From the NCBI RefSeq assembly GCF_006345805.1, contig NC_043021.1, positions 9,238,001 through 9,302,000 on the forward strand: DNA of 64,000 nucleotides, written 5' to 3'. A model generated the notes under the pieces. It was not told the DNA's origin. It ran no database searches and saw nothing but the letters and a program-made list of their open reading frames with translations. This DNA is from Octopus sinensis. Lineage: Eukaryota. Made by a program: the position numbers and the translations under genes. Within the stretch, counting starts at the first letter, position 1, and each line of letters begins with the position of its first letter. Below are positions 52,459-64,000 of the stretch, piece by piece.

Positions 52459-52929
52459 GATGTGCGACAAGTTACAGTGATCAAAGAATTGGGGGAAAAA
52501 AAGTGGTTTTTTGTAAATATATATTTTGAAAATTGAAAAAATAAAAATAAAAATGCTTATTTTTTAATATTGCTTTGTTTTTTTTTAATGTAATTTTTTT
52601 GCTGAAAAAGATTTTTTTTTTAATAATATTTGCAAAATTGTTTTCCTCTTAGTGAATTTTAATTCAGTAAACCTATTGACTAAAGGTATTTTAGTTGGGA
52701 CCATCTGGTCTTTTATTTCAGAATGGGGCATTTGAACATATAATTTATATATATATAGGCACAGGAATGGCTATGTGGTAAGTAGCTTGCTTACCAACTA
52801 CTACTAAATTGGTCCCACATATGGCTTGACCCTAGAAAGACCCTCTTCCTCCTGTGCATTCTTCACATTTAATAACTTTTCATAATCACACTTCCATCCC
52901 TCTTTGTATTCAGAATCATTAAGTGTAAG

Positions 52930-53100
52930 TATGATTTAGTCAATCTCAGAGGTGATCAGGTGGATGGTTGGTTTTCTGAAGTTAATGCTGCTGACCATCA
53001 AGCTATTTGCATCACAGAACTCCAAGCACCTTGTTCCCTCCTCATTTCTAGAACTAAAGCCGCAACCTCCATGTATACCACAGAATCCTTTGGAGTCTTG
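52930..53100 (-). mobile_element. RTE LINE endonuclease fragment
   Basis: HGGCGFSSRNEEGTRCLEFCDANSLMVSSINFRKP. Confidence 0.7.
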
Positions 53101-53179
53101 CCTAACATATACTGAAATCACCAGCTATAATAATGTCATTTGTTGAGGTAATCTGCAAAACAGACTCATATCGGCCCTG

Positions 53180-53646
53180 TTCAAACTTCGGACATTGTTA
53201 GAACGTGTCATATAAAACATCTTTTACTCTTAGCATTTTTGAGAAAAACTTATATTTACGAAGTTATTTCACGTTAAAGTTCTCATATTTTGGTAATTTC
53301 AACCAGTCAATGACGTGCATTCAGCTGAATAAAATTACTGCTGTTGTTTATCAACAAGAACCTCCGGCGATGTATATTTCGTTTGTCACTGTTATTTATG
53401 ACAACCCTAACCTTAAAACCAGTACAAACGCACAAACGATGTGATAAATGAAAAATACCCCTCTGATAGTTGTTGTTGACAAACAACAGCAGTAATTTTA
53501 TTCAGCTGAATACACATTGATTGGTTGAAATTACAGAAATACGAGAACTTTAATGGGAAATAACTTCATAAATATAAGTTTTTCTCAAAAATGCTAAGAG
53601 TAAAAGATGTTTTATACGACGCATTCTACCAGTGTCCAAAGTTTGA
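53180..53646. repeat. Long inverted repeat (about 180-bp arms, 107-bp spacer)
   Basis: 53180..53361 vs 53469..53646; related to the MITE at 9239. Confidence 0.88.
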
Positions 53647-53915
53647 AAGTATTTAGTTACAAAAAATTATTTTTTAAATCTGTCGGTCAAACGGTAAAGA
53701 TCCCAAAAATATAAACAGAAAGAAAAAAGAGAAAAAAAGAAATCAAGAAAAATATTTCGTTCCCTATAATAATTCATATATATTTTTTCTAGATATGTTT
53801 CTTTTTTTATTTGGTATTAAAAAAAAAAAAATCAATGAAACCCAACATAATTAAATATTAATTAAAAAAAAAAAAGCCGCAATATTTTTTTTAAAGTCTA
53901 ATTGTTTATTAAGTT

Positions 53916-54126
53916 TCAAGTTGGCTGTTGGTTCTGAATTTGTGATTGTAATTTTTTCATAGCAGCTTCATCTTGTTGTGAAATAGCTGTGAGTTTTTTA
54001 CCAATTCTGTCATGAACATCGAGGTACTTGGCCACACATCGGTCTAAACAAACTGCTTCACCTTTGTTGAGTTCGGCATCTTTGTATCGAGGTGGAATGC
54101 ATTTCTTCTGACAGGCACTGGTCATT
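53916..54126 (-). CDS. TIMM10: TIMM10 coding exon 2
   Basis: cttttgcag|A ATG ACC; CQKKC and CLDRC; TGA at 53916. Confidence 0.96.
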
Positions 54127-57100
54127 CTGCAAAAGATCAAACAAAAAAGAACTATGAGTGCATTGCATTTTATAGCAGAAACAACTGCAAGCCAATGAAA
54201 TTCATTGCATAATTACTAGTTCCCTTGTCATTTACATAATCTGGGCAGCGAGCTGGCAGAAACGTTAGCACGCCGGGCAAAATGCGTAGCCGTATTTCGT
54301 CTGCCGTTAGGTTCTGAGTTCAAATTCCGCCGAGGTCGACTTTGCTTTTCATCCTTTCGGGGTCGATAAATTAAGTACCAGTTATGCACTGGGGTCGATA
54401 TATATTTCTTTACTACCCACAAGAGGTTAAACATAGAGGGGACAAACAAGGACAGACAAAGGGATTAAGTCGATTACATTGACCCAGCGCGAAACTGGTG
54501 CTTTATTTATCGACCCCGAGAGGATGAAGGGCAAAGTCGACCTCGGCGGAATCTGAACTCAGAACGCAGCGGCAGCCGAAATACCGCTAAGCATTTCGCC
54601 CGACGTGCAAACAATTCTGCCGTTTAGCCCCTTGTGGGTAGTAAAGAAATATATAATCTGGGTTCACTTAGAGTGGAGGGAAGCTGTGGAAGAGGGAGAC
54701 CCAGAAAGGCATGGGATGAAGCACTGAAGGCCGATCTCAAAATGCCGAACCTTATGAAAGAGATGTTAGAGAACTGAGATACGTGGTGCATTGTTGAACT
54801 CGAGAAGACCTATCCACCACAACATAAAGGACCGTAACTAAAGAGCCTAGGGCTTTTTGTCTGATGCTCTACCGATTCTTCTAATCCACTGCCTATAGGA
54901 TAAAATGGCCAAATGTGACCAGATAAAATTGTTGGACTGTCATGGCACTAGGACATGGTTTCAAATATAGTGCAATGTTTGTTATTTTCTTATGTTATGC
55001 TATTTCCGAGACCTATTGAGTCGAGTACATCAACATCAGCAACATCAATATCAAATCAAATGGAAATTGTAGTTGTGAGTACCTTGCCAGTAGCACATAA
55101 AAAGCACCATCTGAACATGGCCGATGCCAGCCCCGTCTGGCACCTGTGCTGGTAGCACATAAAAAGCACCCACTACACTCACGGAGTGGTTGCTGTTAGG
55201 AAGGGCATCCAACTGTAGAAACACTGCCAGATCAGACTGGAGCCTGGTGCAGCCTTCTGGCTTCCCAGACCCCAGTTGAACCGTCCAACCCATGCTAGCA
55301 TGGAAAACAGACGTTAAACATTGATGATGATGATGAATGTTTTGTGTGTTTCTGGGACCAAAAGACATAGTCCCACAATTGGCAGTTTACCTGAACTATG
55401 GTGGAGCAGACAAGTACCAACGTAGAAGGCCCCTCATTTATAAGTTCCTTGAATTGTAAAAAATTGAAACATCATCAACATCATTATCACCATTTAACCC
55501 TTTAGCATTCAGATTATTTTGTCAAATGTAATGCTTATTTATTCACATTTTAAATTTACCATACATTATCTTCCGTGCCGGTGGCATGAAAAAACCACAA
55601 TTCGATCATGATCGTTACCAGCGTCGCCTTACTGGCACTTGTACTGGTGGCACGTGAAAAAGCATTTGAGTGAGGTCATTGCCAGTGCTGCTGGACTGGC
55701 TCCTGTGTAGGTGGCACATAAAAAACACCATTGAGCGTGGCCATTGCCAGTACCGCCTGACTGGCCCTCATGCCGGTGGCACGTAAAAGCACCCACTACA
55801 CTCTCAGAGTGGTTGGCATTAGGAAGGGCATCCAGCTGTAGAAACTGCCAGATCAAGATTGGTGCAGCCATCTGGTTCGCCAGACCTCAGTCAAATCGTC
55901 CAACCCACGCTAGCATGGTAAGCGGACGTTAAACAATGATGATGATCTTATAACTTTGAGATTTCAATGATGTGATTGTTTAATTTTAGGATGACATTAT
56001 AGAATAGGTGTGAGAGGCCTGATCTGGTCAGAACATAAAACAAGTAGAATATTCGGTTAGTTTGAATACTAAAAGGGTTACACTGGTCATATCCAGCCCA
56101 AATATTCTGCCTGTTTATAATCAAACTGGCTAGATCAAGCCCATCACACCTATCCTACAATGTCATATTAAAAATAAACAATAGGCACAGGAGTGGCTGT
56201 GTGGTAAGTAGCTTGCTAACCAACCACATGGTTCCAGGTTCAGTCCCACTGCGTGGCATCTTGGGCAAGTGTCTTCTGCTATAGCCCCAGGCTGACCAAT
56301 GTCTTGCGAGTGGATTTGGTAGACGGAAACTGAAAGAAGCCTGTCGTATATATATATATGTATGTTTGTGTGTCTGTGTTTGTTCCCCAGCATTGCTTGA
56401 CAACCGATGCTGGTGTGTTTACATCCCCGTCACTTAGCGGTTCGGCAAAAGAGACCGATAGAGTAAGTACTGGGCTTACAAAGAATAAGTCCCAGGGTCG
56501 ATTTGCTCAACTAAAGGCGGTGCTCCAGCATGGCCGCAGTCAAATGACTGAAACAAGTAAAAGAGTAATAACATAATTGAAATCTTGAAGCTATGAGATA
56601 ATGCTTGCTTAATTCAAACACAATGTAGATAAATAAGCATTACATTTGACAGAATCTGTTGGGCTACCCAAGGAGTGCACTGTTCCCCAGTATTTGTTTG
56701 ACGTAACTTGTATGACATGATGTCCTTCCTAACACCAACCACTTTACAGTATGTACTGGGTAGTTTTTTTTGAGCCACCAGCAATAGTGAGTTACCATGG
56801 ACCTTATAAAACTACATACCCTGAATGGGGAGGGGAAGTTTATGCTGGGAGAATAAAAAATGGTGGAAGTTTATACTAGAATAAAAAATGGTGGGAGGAA
56901 GTTTATGCTAGGAGAATAAAGAATGGAGGGGTAAAATATGAGAGAAAGGGCTATGATGTTTTTTTTCTATAGAAACCACTTTACAGTAAGAACTGGGTGT
57001 ATTTTTATCATACCATCTATAATTTATAAATTATGTGAGGATGAATGGCTTGTAAGATCATGAAGATAATGCATGTATGGGATTTTTCACCTGTGGACCT

Positions 57101-60100
57101 TTTTTGATTCCTATTTTAATTGGACAGACCCAGGTTTGCAGCTGATACAGCAAGGTTGGTGTAATAACTGTTTGTGATTTAGGTACAAGGCCTGCAAATT
57201 TGAATTTGGCAGGAGGAGGGTTAGTCAGTATCATTGACTCCCAAAACTTGACTCTCTTTTACTTGTTTCAGTCATTTGACTGTGGCCATACTGGAGCACC
57301 GCCTTTAGTCGAGCAAATCGACCCCAGGACTTATTCTTCGTAAGCCCAGTACTTATACTATCGGTCTCTTTTACCGAACCGCTAAGTGATGGGAATGCAA
57401 ACACACCAGCATCGGTTGTCAAGCAATGCTAGGGGGACAAACACATACACACACACACATATATATATACATACATATATATGACAGGCTTCTTTCAGTT
57501 TCCGTCTACCAAATCCACTCACAAGGCATTGGTCAGCCCGAGGCTATAGCAGAAAACACTTGCCCAAGATGCCACGCAGTGGGACTGAACCCAGAACCAT
57601 GTGGCTGGTTAGCAAGCTACTTACCACACAGCCACTCCTGCGCCTATAAAATGACAAGGCTAACCCTTTGAATTAAGGTACAACTCAATTTTGCCAGCTG
57701 GGTGGACTGGAGCAATGTGAAATAAAGTGTCTTGCTCAAGGAGACAACGCGCCACCAGGAATCGAAATCGTGACCTTGTTAACCTGAGCCAAAAACCCCT
57801 AGCCACTATAAGCTATGTGCCTTGACTCACATTACTTTATCAAACATGGAGAAACAAAAGGCAAAAACATGGTGTGTGGTACTGAGGACATGTGAGGTGT
57901 AACGTGGATACGTTGTGTGGTTTGTAGAGTGATGCTGGCACTCCGTCGGTTACGACGAGGGTTCCAGTTGATCCAATCGATGGAAAACCTGCTTGTGAAA
58001 TTAACGTGCAAGTGGCTGAGCACTCCACAGACACGTGTATCCTTAACCCTTCCATTACTGCATTTATTTTGAGACGTTCATAGTTGGAATATTCATTCTA
58101 TCGTTAAACGTCTAAATTGACCCAGAAGGTAAACAACAACAATTGGTGAACAGCCATAGGCGCAGGAGTGGCTGTGTGGCAAGTAGCTTGCTAAACAACC
58201 ACATGGTTCCGGGTTCAGTCCCACTGCGTGGCATCTTGGGTAAGTGTCTTCTGCTATAGCCCCCGGCCGACCAATGCCTTGTAAGTGGATTTGGTAGACG
58301 GAAACTGAAAGAAGCCTGTCGTATATATGTATATATATATATATGTGTGTGTCTGTGTTTGTCCCCCTAGCATTGCTTGACAACCGATACTGGTGTGTTT
58401 ACGTCCCCGTCACTTAGCGGTTCGGCAAAAGACACCGAAAGAATAAGTACTGAGCTTACGAAGAATAAGTCCTGGGGTCGATTTGCTCGACTAAAGGCGG
58501 TGCTCCAGCATGGCCACAGTCAAATGACTGAAACAAGTAAAAGAGAGAGCCAAATGAAAATCGAGAGAGATTAACAAATATATAAGAAACGTGGACAATA
58601 AGATCGCGTACGGTATTTCCCATAAGGATCTAACAACGAGAGAGAAAAGCTGAGGAGCGGAGAGAAGCTGCTCACAAAGCACTAATCTCTCTATATATAA
58701 ACGGCAGTTTGTCTGTGTGTGTTTCTGTGTGTCTGTTAGGTTGTACCCTCACCCTGACCACGGCTTTCAACCGATTCTGATGAAACTTGACACAGACATA
58801 GCCCAATGTCATAATTCAAAACTAACGCAGCGAAAATTTTGAAAAGTTCCCCCAGTTCTGAAAAAAATCGATAAATTCGACATGGGGTCGAGAATCTAAG
58901 CTTTTTATATGCAACACATTTTCTGTCTAGGGGACACAACTCGACCTTTTTATCGCCCAAACGGACAGCTAGGAACATCGTATACACAGAAGTATTCGAG
59001 TGAAGAGAAGACATTGCAACCTACACATGCGCCTTCGTTCCCTAGAGGGAAAGGACTAGATTGGGATTAGTCGTTGCCTACTAGGGGCTCTTACATACCC
59101 GGGCTATGCTGCTAGTATATTCTATAAGGCAGTGTTTACCAACCTATTTCCCCCCCGGCTCCACTATAACTTCCTAGAAAAATGTATGCTCCACCGGTGG
59201 CTCGAAAAAAAAAAAAAACAACTTATTCTTAATATCTTATCACAATTATTTAATACGAAAGAATCTACAGTAACTCTTTTAGGCATTCCTTCGATATAAC
59301 TCGACAAAATCAAAACATTTCACTTGGGGTATTTCCGTGGGTTGTGGAGTATTGATATAACGAAATTATGCCAGCAATCTTTCATTTTAAACTTGAAGAA
59401 AACCTGCTTCATGTGTGTATGTAAAATCCGCAAATTTCCAAGCAGAAAACAGAATCGAACTGTTATTTGCTTCCACGGAAATACCGGGAGTGAAGTGTTT
59501 TGATTTTGTCGAGTTGTATCGAAAGAATGCCCTCTTTTATTACGTACTGAGTACAAAAAAGTACAATACTAAGAAGAAAAAATTGGAGCCCACGTCCCAC
59601 CATAATTTTCCCAGGCCCTACCGGTAGGGCATATATCAGTGGTTTTCAACCAGGGTTCCGCCAGTACAGTCCAGGGGTTCCGCAAGAAGTTACAAAACTG
59701 CTAAAATCGGCAGTAATTTTTTTATTCCCCTGTGCAGATATGTGTGCATAAGACTATTAAATTATTGCACAGGGGTTCCTCGAGCCAGTGGAATGTTACC
59801 TTGGGGTTCCGCTCCAGCAAAAAGTTTGAAAAGCACTGGCATATATGACCTACGTTAGGGATCACTGCTATAAGGCATCCAAGATATGAATGAAATTATA
59901 ATTGAAGGCATAGTAGCATCAATGAGAAAAGTCAAAAACAAAACGGAAATTATAACAGAAATCCATTCGCAGAATGGAACAGATTCTCGAATAAAGTTTC
60001 TATTGCCACTCGATTTCAGTCAACACAAACGAATTCCTGTTAACTATCCTTATTTAAAGAAAACACACACACACGTATATATAATCAACCGGTTTATGCA

Positions 60101-62247
60101 TAACTTATATTCTATGTTTATCAAGCTAACGCGGGAGCCTTTATGTAGTTACTCAAACGGTTAGAAATAGCTGCCAAATTTCCACACCCACACACATACA
60201 CACTGAAAATCCTACATTCACAACGTATGTTTGTTTGAATAAAGACGTGAAGGTCACGACTGGAATGGTTTGTGTATAAGCTCGCTGAGCTGAAGCCAAA
60301 CAACAATAACAATAGCGGCGTGTTTGGTAAAGTATGGTAAACCATCGCATTTGTTAGTAGAATATTACCTAACCGGCATTTTGGTCATATTCTTGGACAC
60401 GTGCTTAGAAGAACCGTGCATCTGTAGCACAATCAATCAATTCTTGAAAGATAATTACTTGAAAGCAATCGAAAATGATGCCGATTTAATATCTAAAGAA
60501 TGTTTAGGGTCGCTGATTTCAAGAATTATTAAAACTAGCATCTTTATACGCAGCTAAACGAAATGACCTTAAAGTCGACACTTTAAGGTCAAAGGGGCCT
60601 AGTCGTTGTTGTTTCTTATTTTTGTCTTTCAACTAATATTTCAAAATAATTCATTATTACCGAATGGCAGTATTAAATTCGTTCGAAAATCAATTACAGA
60701 AACAAAAATCAGAAAATATTAGGGATGCTTCTTCGCTTTTTTTTAAAAATTATTTCTGTAAACGTGTTCTAAGCCCAAAATTAAGATGTGTGTGTGCGTG
60801 TGTACGATCCTTATTACAGCTGAGAAAGGAAGGGTCCCACGCAATAGTCAAGTTTGTTAATATCAAAACGGTGTAAAATTCACTATAAACGGTCATACGG
60901 GAAAATCGATTTCCTTAATCAACGAGGCAATTAAGTAATGATCTTTATTATTTAGTCCCAAAATAAACCATCATCCGGCAGACCTTATCATCAGAGATAA
61001 TGCAGTTATGATCATCCCGAATTTTTGTATATCAGTGACTGACCTTTTTTTTTTTTGAGAATAAGTGTAATTTGAGTGAAATTTGACTGCTATTTCTAGC
61101 GGATCGAGCGATTGCATCGAAGCTCACTCGCCTTGTTTGTTATTTAGGGCAAGGTAATGAGAACAGCAGGGACTGATTCTCTGCATGACCCAAACGACTT
61201 GACTGACTGAGTTCAAATACCGCCGAGGTCGTTCGACCGTGTCCTTGATTTTATCAATCAATCAAGCTTCGGATATAAGCACCAATAAAATACTAATTGG
61301 AATAAACTTTATAAAACTGCAGGATTTTGTTTATTAATATATTAAATATATTATAATATTTTAAGTTATTTTGTTCCAAGATTCGAAACAAACAAGAGTC
61401 TTTAAATAATCGTTCGATCTGCTAGAAAAAGCAGCTAGGTTCTCACTCAGATTACACTCCTATCGACTTAAAAAACAGATGGGTAATGTAATTCTACATA
61501 CATTGTTCTTTTTGCTTTCTTTGTTTTTAAGGTGGGAGCGGAGAGATTAAACGGTCATAACTGGAATACTTCAACCAGGACTAACCTTTTGGCTGAACGA
61601 CAAATTAAAATGCTTTGTATTTTCGGTATAGTTATATATGGTAATTATAGCAATATAATTATGAAATTATCATATAATTAATGTATTTATATGAGGAGTT
61701 AATTAAAAATTAACCAGTGATTACTGAAGCAAAATTTTGGCAATGTAATATAAGAATCTAACAGGTATTATCACGCACTGATATAAACTACACACAAAGG
61801 ACCCTTAGATTTTTAAAACTAAAAATCATATTAGTTTATATTAAGAAAACTTCTTTCACTCTCTCTCTCTTCCACCCACATTTCAATACTCAAAGATATT
61901 ATTTGATGACGGAGTACTTTTTTAAAGACATATCCATGCAGCATCCAGGATATTTGGTCGAACCAAAGAGTCGTCGGAATAGTCGAAGACTTTTCAGTTG
62001 ACAATCAACGAAAGGTGTTTTGTGGGTGATGGGTGGACGACAGAACTGGAAGACTGTTAAACTTTGCGTATCATCAGTTCGGAGTGCGGCGATGAGTGAT
62101 GTTGGTGAAGAATGAATGGGAGGTCGCCGAAATCAGTATGGAGTCGAAGACTTTGAGATCGATCTGATTATCAGACCATCCCTTTCTTCCAAACTATGTG
62201 ACTGTGTGCATGTGTTTGAAATCAATTATACACAAAGGATATGTATA

Positions 62248-62281
<34 letters not shown>

Positions 62282-62405
62282 GGGGAGAGATATGCAGAGA
62301 CAGAAGTACTTTGAAAAACCTTTAAACTGACCTGTTATACATGTCCGCCATCATTTCCATTTCTAAATCCACAACTAGTTTCATTTGAGCTTCGTTTAAC
62401 GCCAT
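53916..62405 (-). CDS. TIMM10: Mitochondrial import small Tim chaperone Tim10, 94 aa
   Basis: complement(join(53916..54126,62332..62405)); [59 protein letters not shown]...; twin CX3C motif; 8.2-kb GT-AG intron, phase 2. Confidence 0.96.
54246..54652. mobile_element. S3 SINE with an antisense S3 copy inserted
   Basis: Plus copy 54246..54400 resumes at 54622; minus copy about 54402..54621. Confidence 0.78.
54670..54820 (+). mobile_element. RTE LINE 3' fragment
   Basis: [23 protein letters not shown]. Confidence 0.6.
55025..55336 (+). mobile_element. Retroposon family S2
   Basis: Matches S2. Confidence 0.78.
55498..56077. mobile_element. piggyBac-type MITE family A interrupted by a SINE
   Basis: TTAA-CCCTTTAGCATT...TACTAAAAGGG; SINE insert at about 55574..55946. 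Confidence 0.65.
56185..56568 (+). mobile_element. SINE family S1
   Basis: Full-length S1. Confidence 0.87.
57252..57645 (-). mobile_element. SINE family S1
   Basis: Full-length S1. Confidence 0.87.
58158..58548 (+). mobile_element. SINE family S1
   Basis: Full-length S1. Confidence 0.87.
58686..59115 (+). mobile_element. Non-autonomous Helitron-like element
   Basis: A|TCTCTCTATATATAAACGG..CCCGGG..CTGCTAG|T. Confidence 0.72.
59637..59839. mobile_element. hAT MITE (same family)
   Basis: Perfect 8-bp TSD GCATATAT. Confidence 0.87.
62332..62405 (-). CDS. TIMM10: TIMM10 coding exon 1
   Basis: ATG at 62405; ...ADMYN AG|gtcagt. Confidence 0.93.
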
Positions 62406-62783
62406 CTTTCAATCAGTCAAATTTTTTTTTTTAAAGAATATTTGGGGAAAAGTGAAAACAAAATTTTAAACAAACGTAATAGCTGTCGACTGAAAGGAGC
62501 AGGAGGTGAATTATGGAGCAGGAAGTGTATGTTTTGTTGTGTGAGGGGCAAGAAGGGGGCAGGACCGCCGCGTTACTGAAATATCAAGGTGTTTCTCGAT
62601 AGAGGTGTGTAACTCAGTATGTACACGTGCTTTTGTGAGGAACTTCGCTGCTAAACTGTCGTAACTGGGAAACAGAAGGGCAGATAACTCTCTTTTACTG
62701 GCGAGAACGAGGGCACTTCTTACCCGGTCATTCCACCCGACTTGCTAGAAATAGCAGTCAATTTTGCCTTCATATGCCCCATT

Positions 62784-63100
62784 CATCATCATCATCATTG
62801 TTTAACGTCCGCTTTCCATGCTGGCATGGGTTGGACGGTTCAACTGGGGTCTGGGAAGCCAGAAGGCTGCACCAGGCCCAGTCTGATCTGGCAATGTTTC
62901 TACGGCTGGATGCCCTTCCTAACGCCAACCACTCCATGAGTGTAGTGGGTGCTTTTTACGTGTCACCGGCACAGGTGCCAGACGAGGCTGGCAAACGGCC
63001 ACGATCGGATGGTGCTTTTTACATGCCACCTGCACAGGTGCCAGATGAGGCTGGCAAACGGCCACGATCGGATGGTGCTTTTTACGTGCCACCGGCACGG
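62784..63100 (-). mobile_element. Retroposon family S2
   Basis: Matches S2. Confidence 0.8.
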
Positions 63101-64000
63101 ACTGGTTATTATAATTCCTTGATTTATGAATCGACTGGATGTTCACTACAGGGACGCCTATCATCATAGGTCTTTTCGATCAAAGTTAACCCATGCTTAA
63201 ACTATAATTCTTTCTATTATAGACACAAAGGTTTGACATTTTGGAGGAGGTGGGTTACTCGATTACATCGACCCCAGTGCTCGACTGGTACTTAGTTTAT
63301 TGACTCTTAAAGGATGATGGCAACGGAATTTGAACTCTGAACGTAAAGACGGAATAAATGCCGCTGAGAATTTTGTCCGGCGTGCTAATGATACTGCCAG
63401 CCCGTCGCCTTTCGGGGTTAAACAATAACAGCTCTCTTTCGCAGATATAAACGAATAAACCAGCGAAGAACCTCCTATGTGATCGTTCGACCTGCTTAAA
63501 AAGTAACCAAATTCCCTCAAATTACACCATGCCGGGATTAGATGGTACCCAGTGCACACAAACATACATACACACAATCTCAGTGCATAGCTGAACACTC
63601 ACATACCCTCACACAATCTAGTACAGATCTGTGCTCCAGTACGCACATCACGAGGGAGCTTCTACGTAATCACTGGCTTTTCTAGAACTTGCAACCAAAT
63701 CTCCAAAGAGAGGATCGAATCATCGGTCTTCTCGAAGACCAAGGGGAACTGGAACTGTATTTTAAACTCGTGAAATGACTTTGTAGGGCCAGCACATGAA
63801 AGAGGAGGGTGCAAAAGCCTTGAAAATCTGTTTCGGAGTTCCCAGATGTTTGAAAGGTACCGACTAGATTTCCTTGATGTGTCAACAACTACAGTGGGAC
63901 TACAGAGTTTGTCAGGTCACTGAATAAGGTCGGTTCATATTTCAAACTGATCGGTTACAGAGACAATTCATTTGTGATCTGCGCGGTGACATATTCAGGG

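Noticed and set aside
58777-58790. CTGATGAAAC motif
   Set aside because: No stem II between the two halves; internal Helitron-like sequence.
60324-60557. 77-aa plus-strand ORF in the TIMM10 intron (possible nested gene)
   Set aside because: No recognisable motif, no convincing splice partners and no supporting exons.
63660-64000. Higher-GC, coding-like segment at the window end
   Set aside because: Stops in all frames within short range and no family recognised; truncated by the window, so not callable.

Overview
Eukaryotic, AT-rich, repeat-dense genomic DNA. The SINE/MITE repertoire looks like an octopus (coleoid cephalopod) genome; this is inference from repeat style, not a database match. 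I can build four spliced genes in a ->, <-, ->, <- arrangement. (1) ERCC6L/PICH (+): 18 exons in window, 1..28203, 5' end outside the window, one probable GC-AG intron. (2) An unnamed 5-exon gene (-, 41889..34367) encoding a 176-aa single-pass membrane protein with a 24-Cys tail, which the ORF track does not show. (3) ESS2/DGCR14 (+): 8 exons, 42502..52458, head-to-head with gene 2. (4) TIMM10 (-): 2 coding exons, 62405..53916. Introns and intergenic DNA hold several tRNA-derived SINE families, CR1/RTE/R4-like LINE fragments, mariner, hAT and TTAA (piggyBac-type) MITEs, Helitron-like elements, a solo LTR and microsatellites. The main surprises are the hidden Cys-rich gene and eight type-I minimal hammerhead-ribozyme-like motifs from unrelated repeats. 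Several of these sit in fold-back elements, and three lie sense-strand inside introns (two with intact cores). All coordinates and structures were derived by hand; TE boundaries are approximate unless a TSD is quoted.
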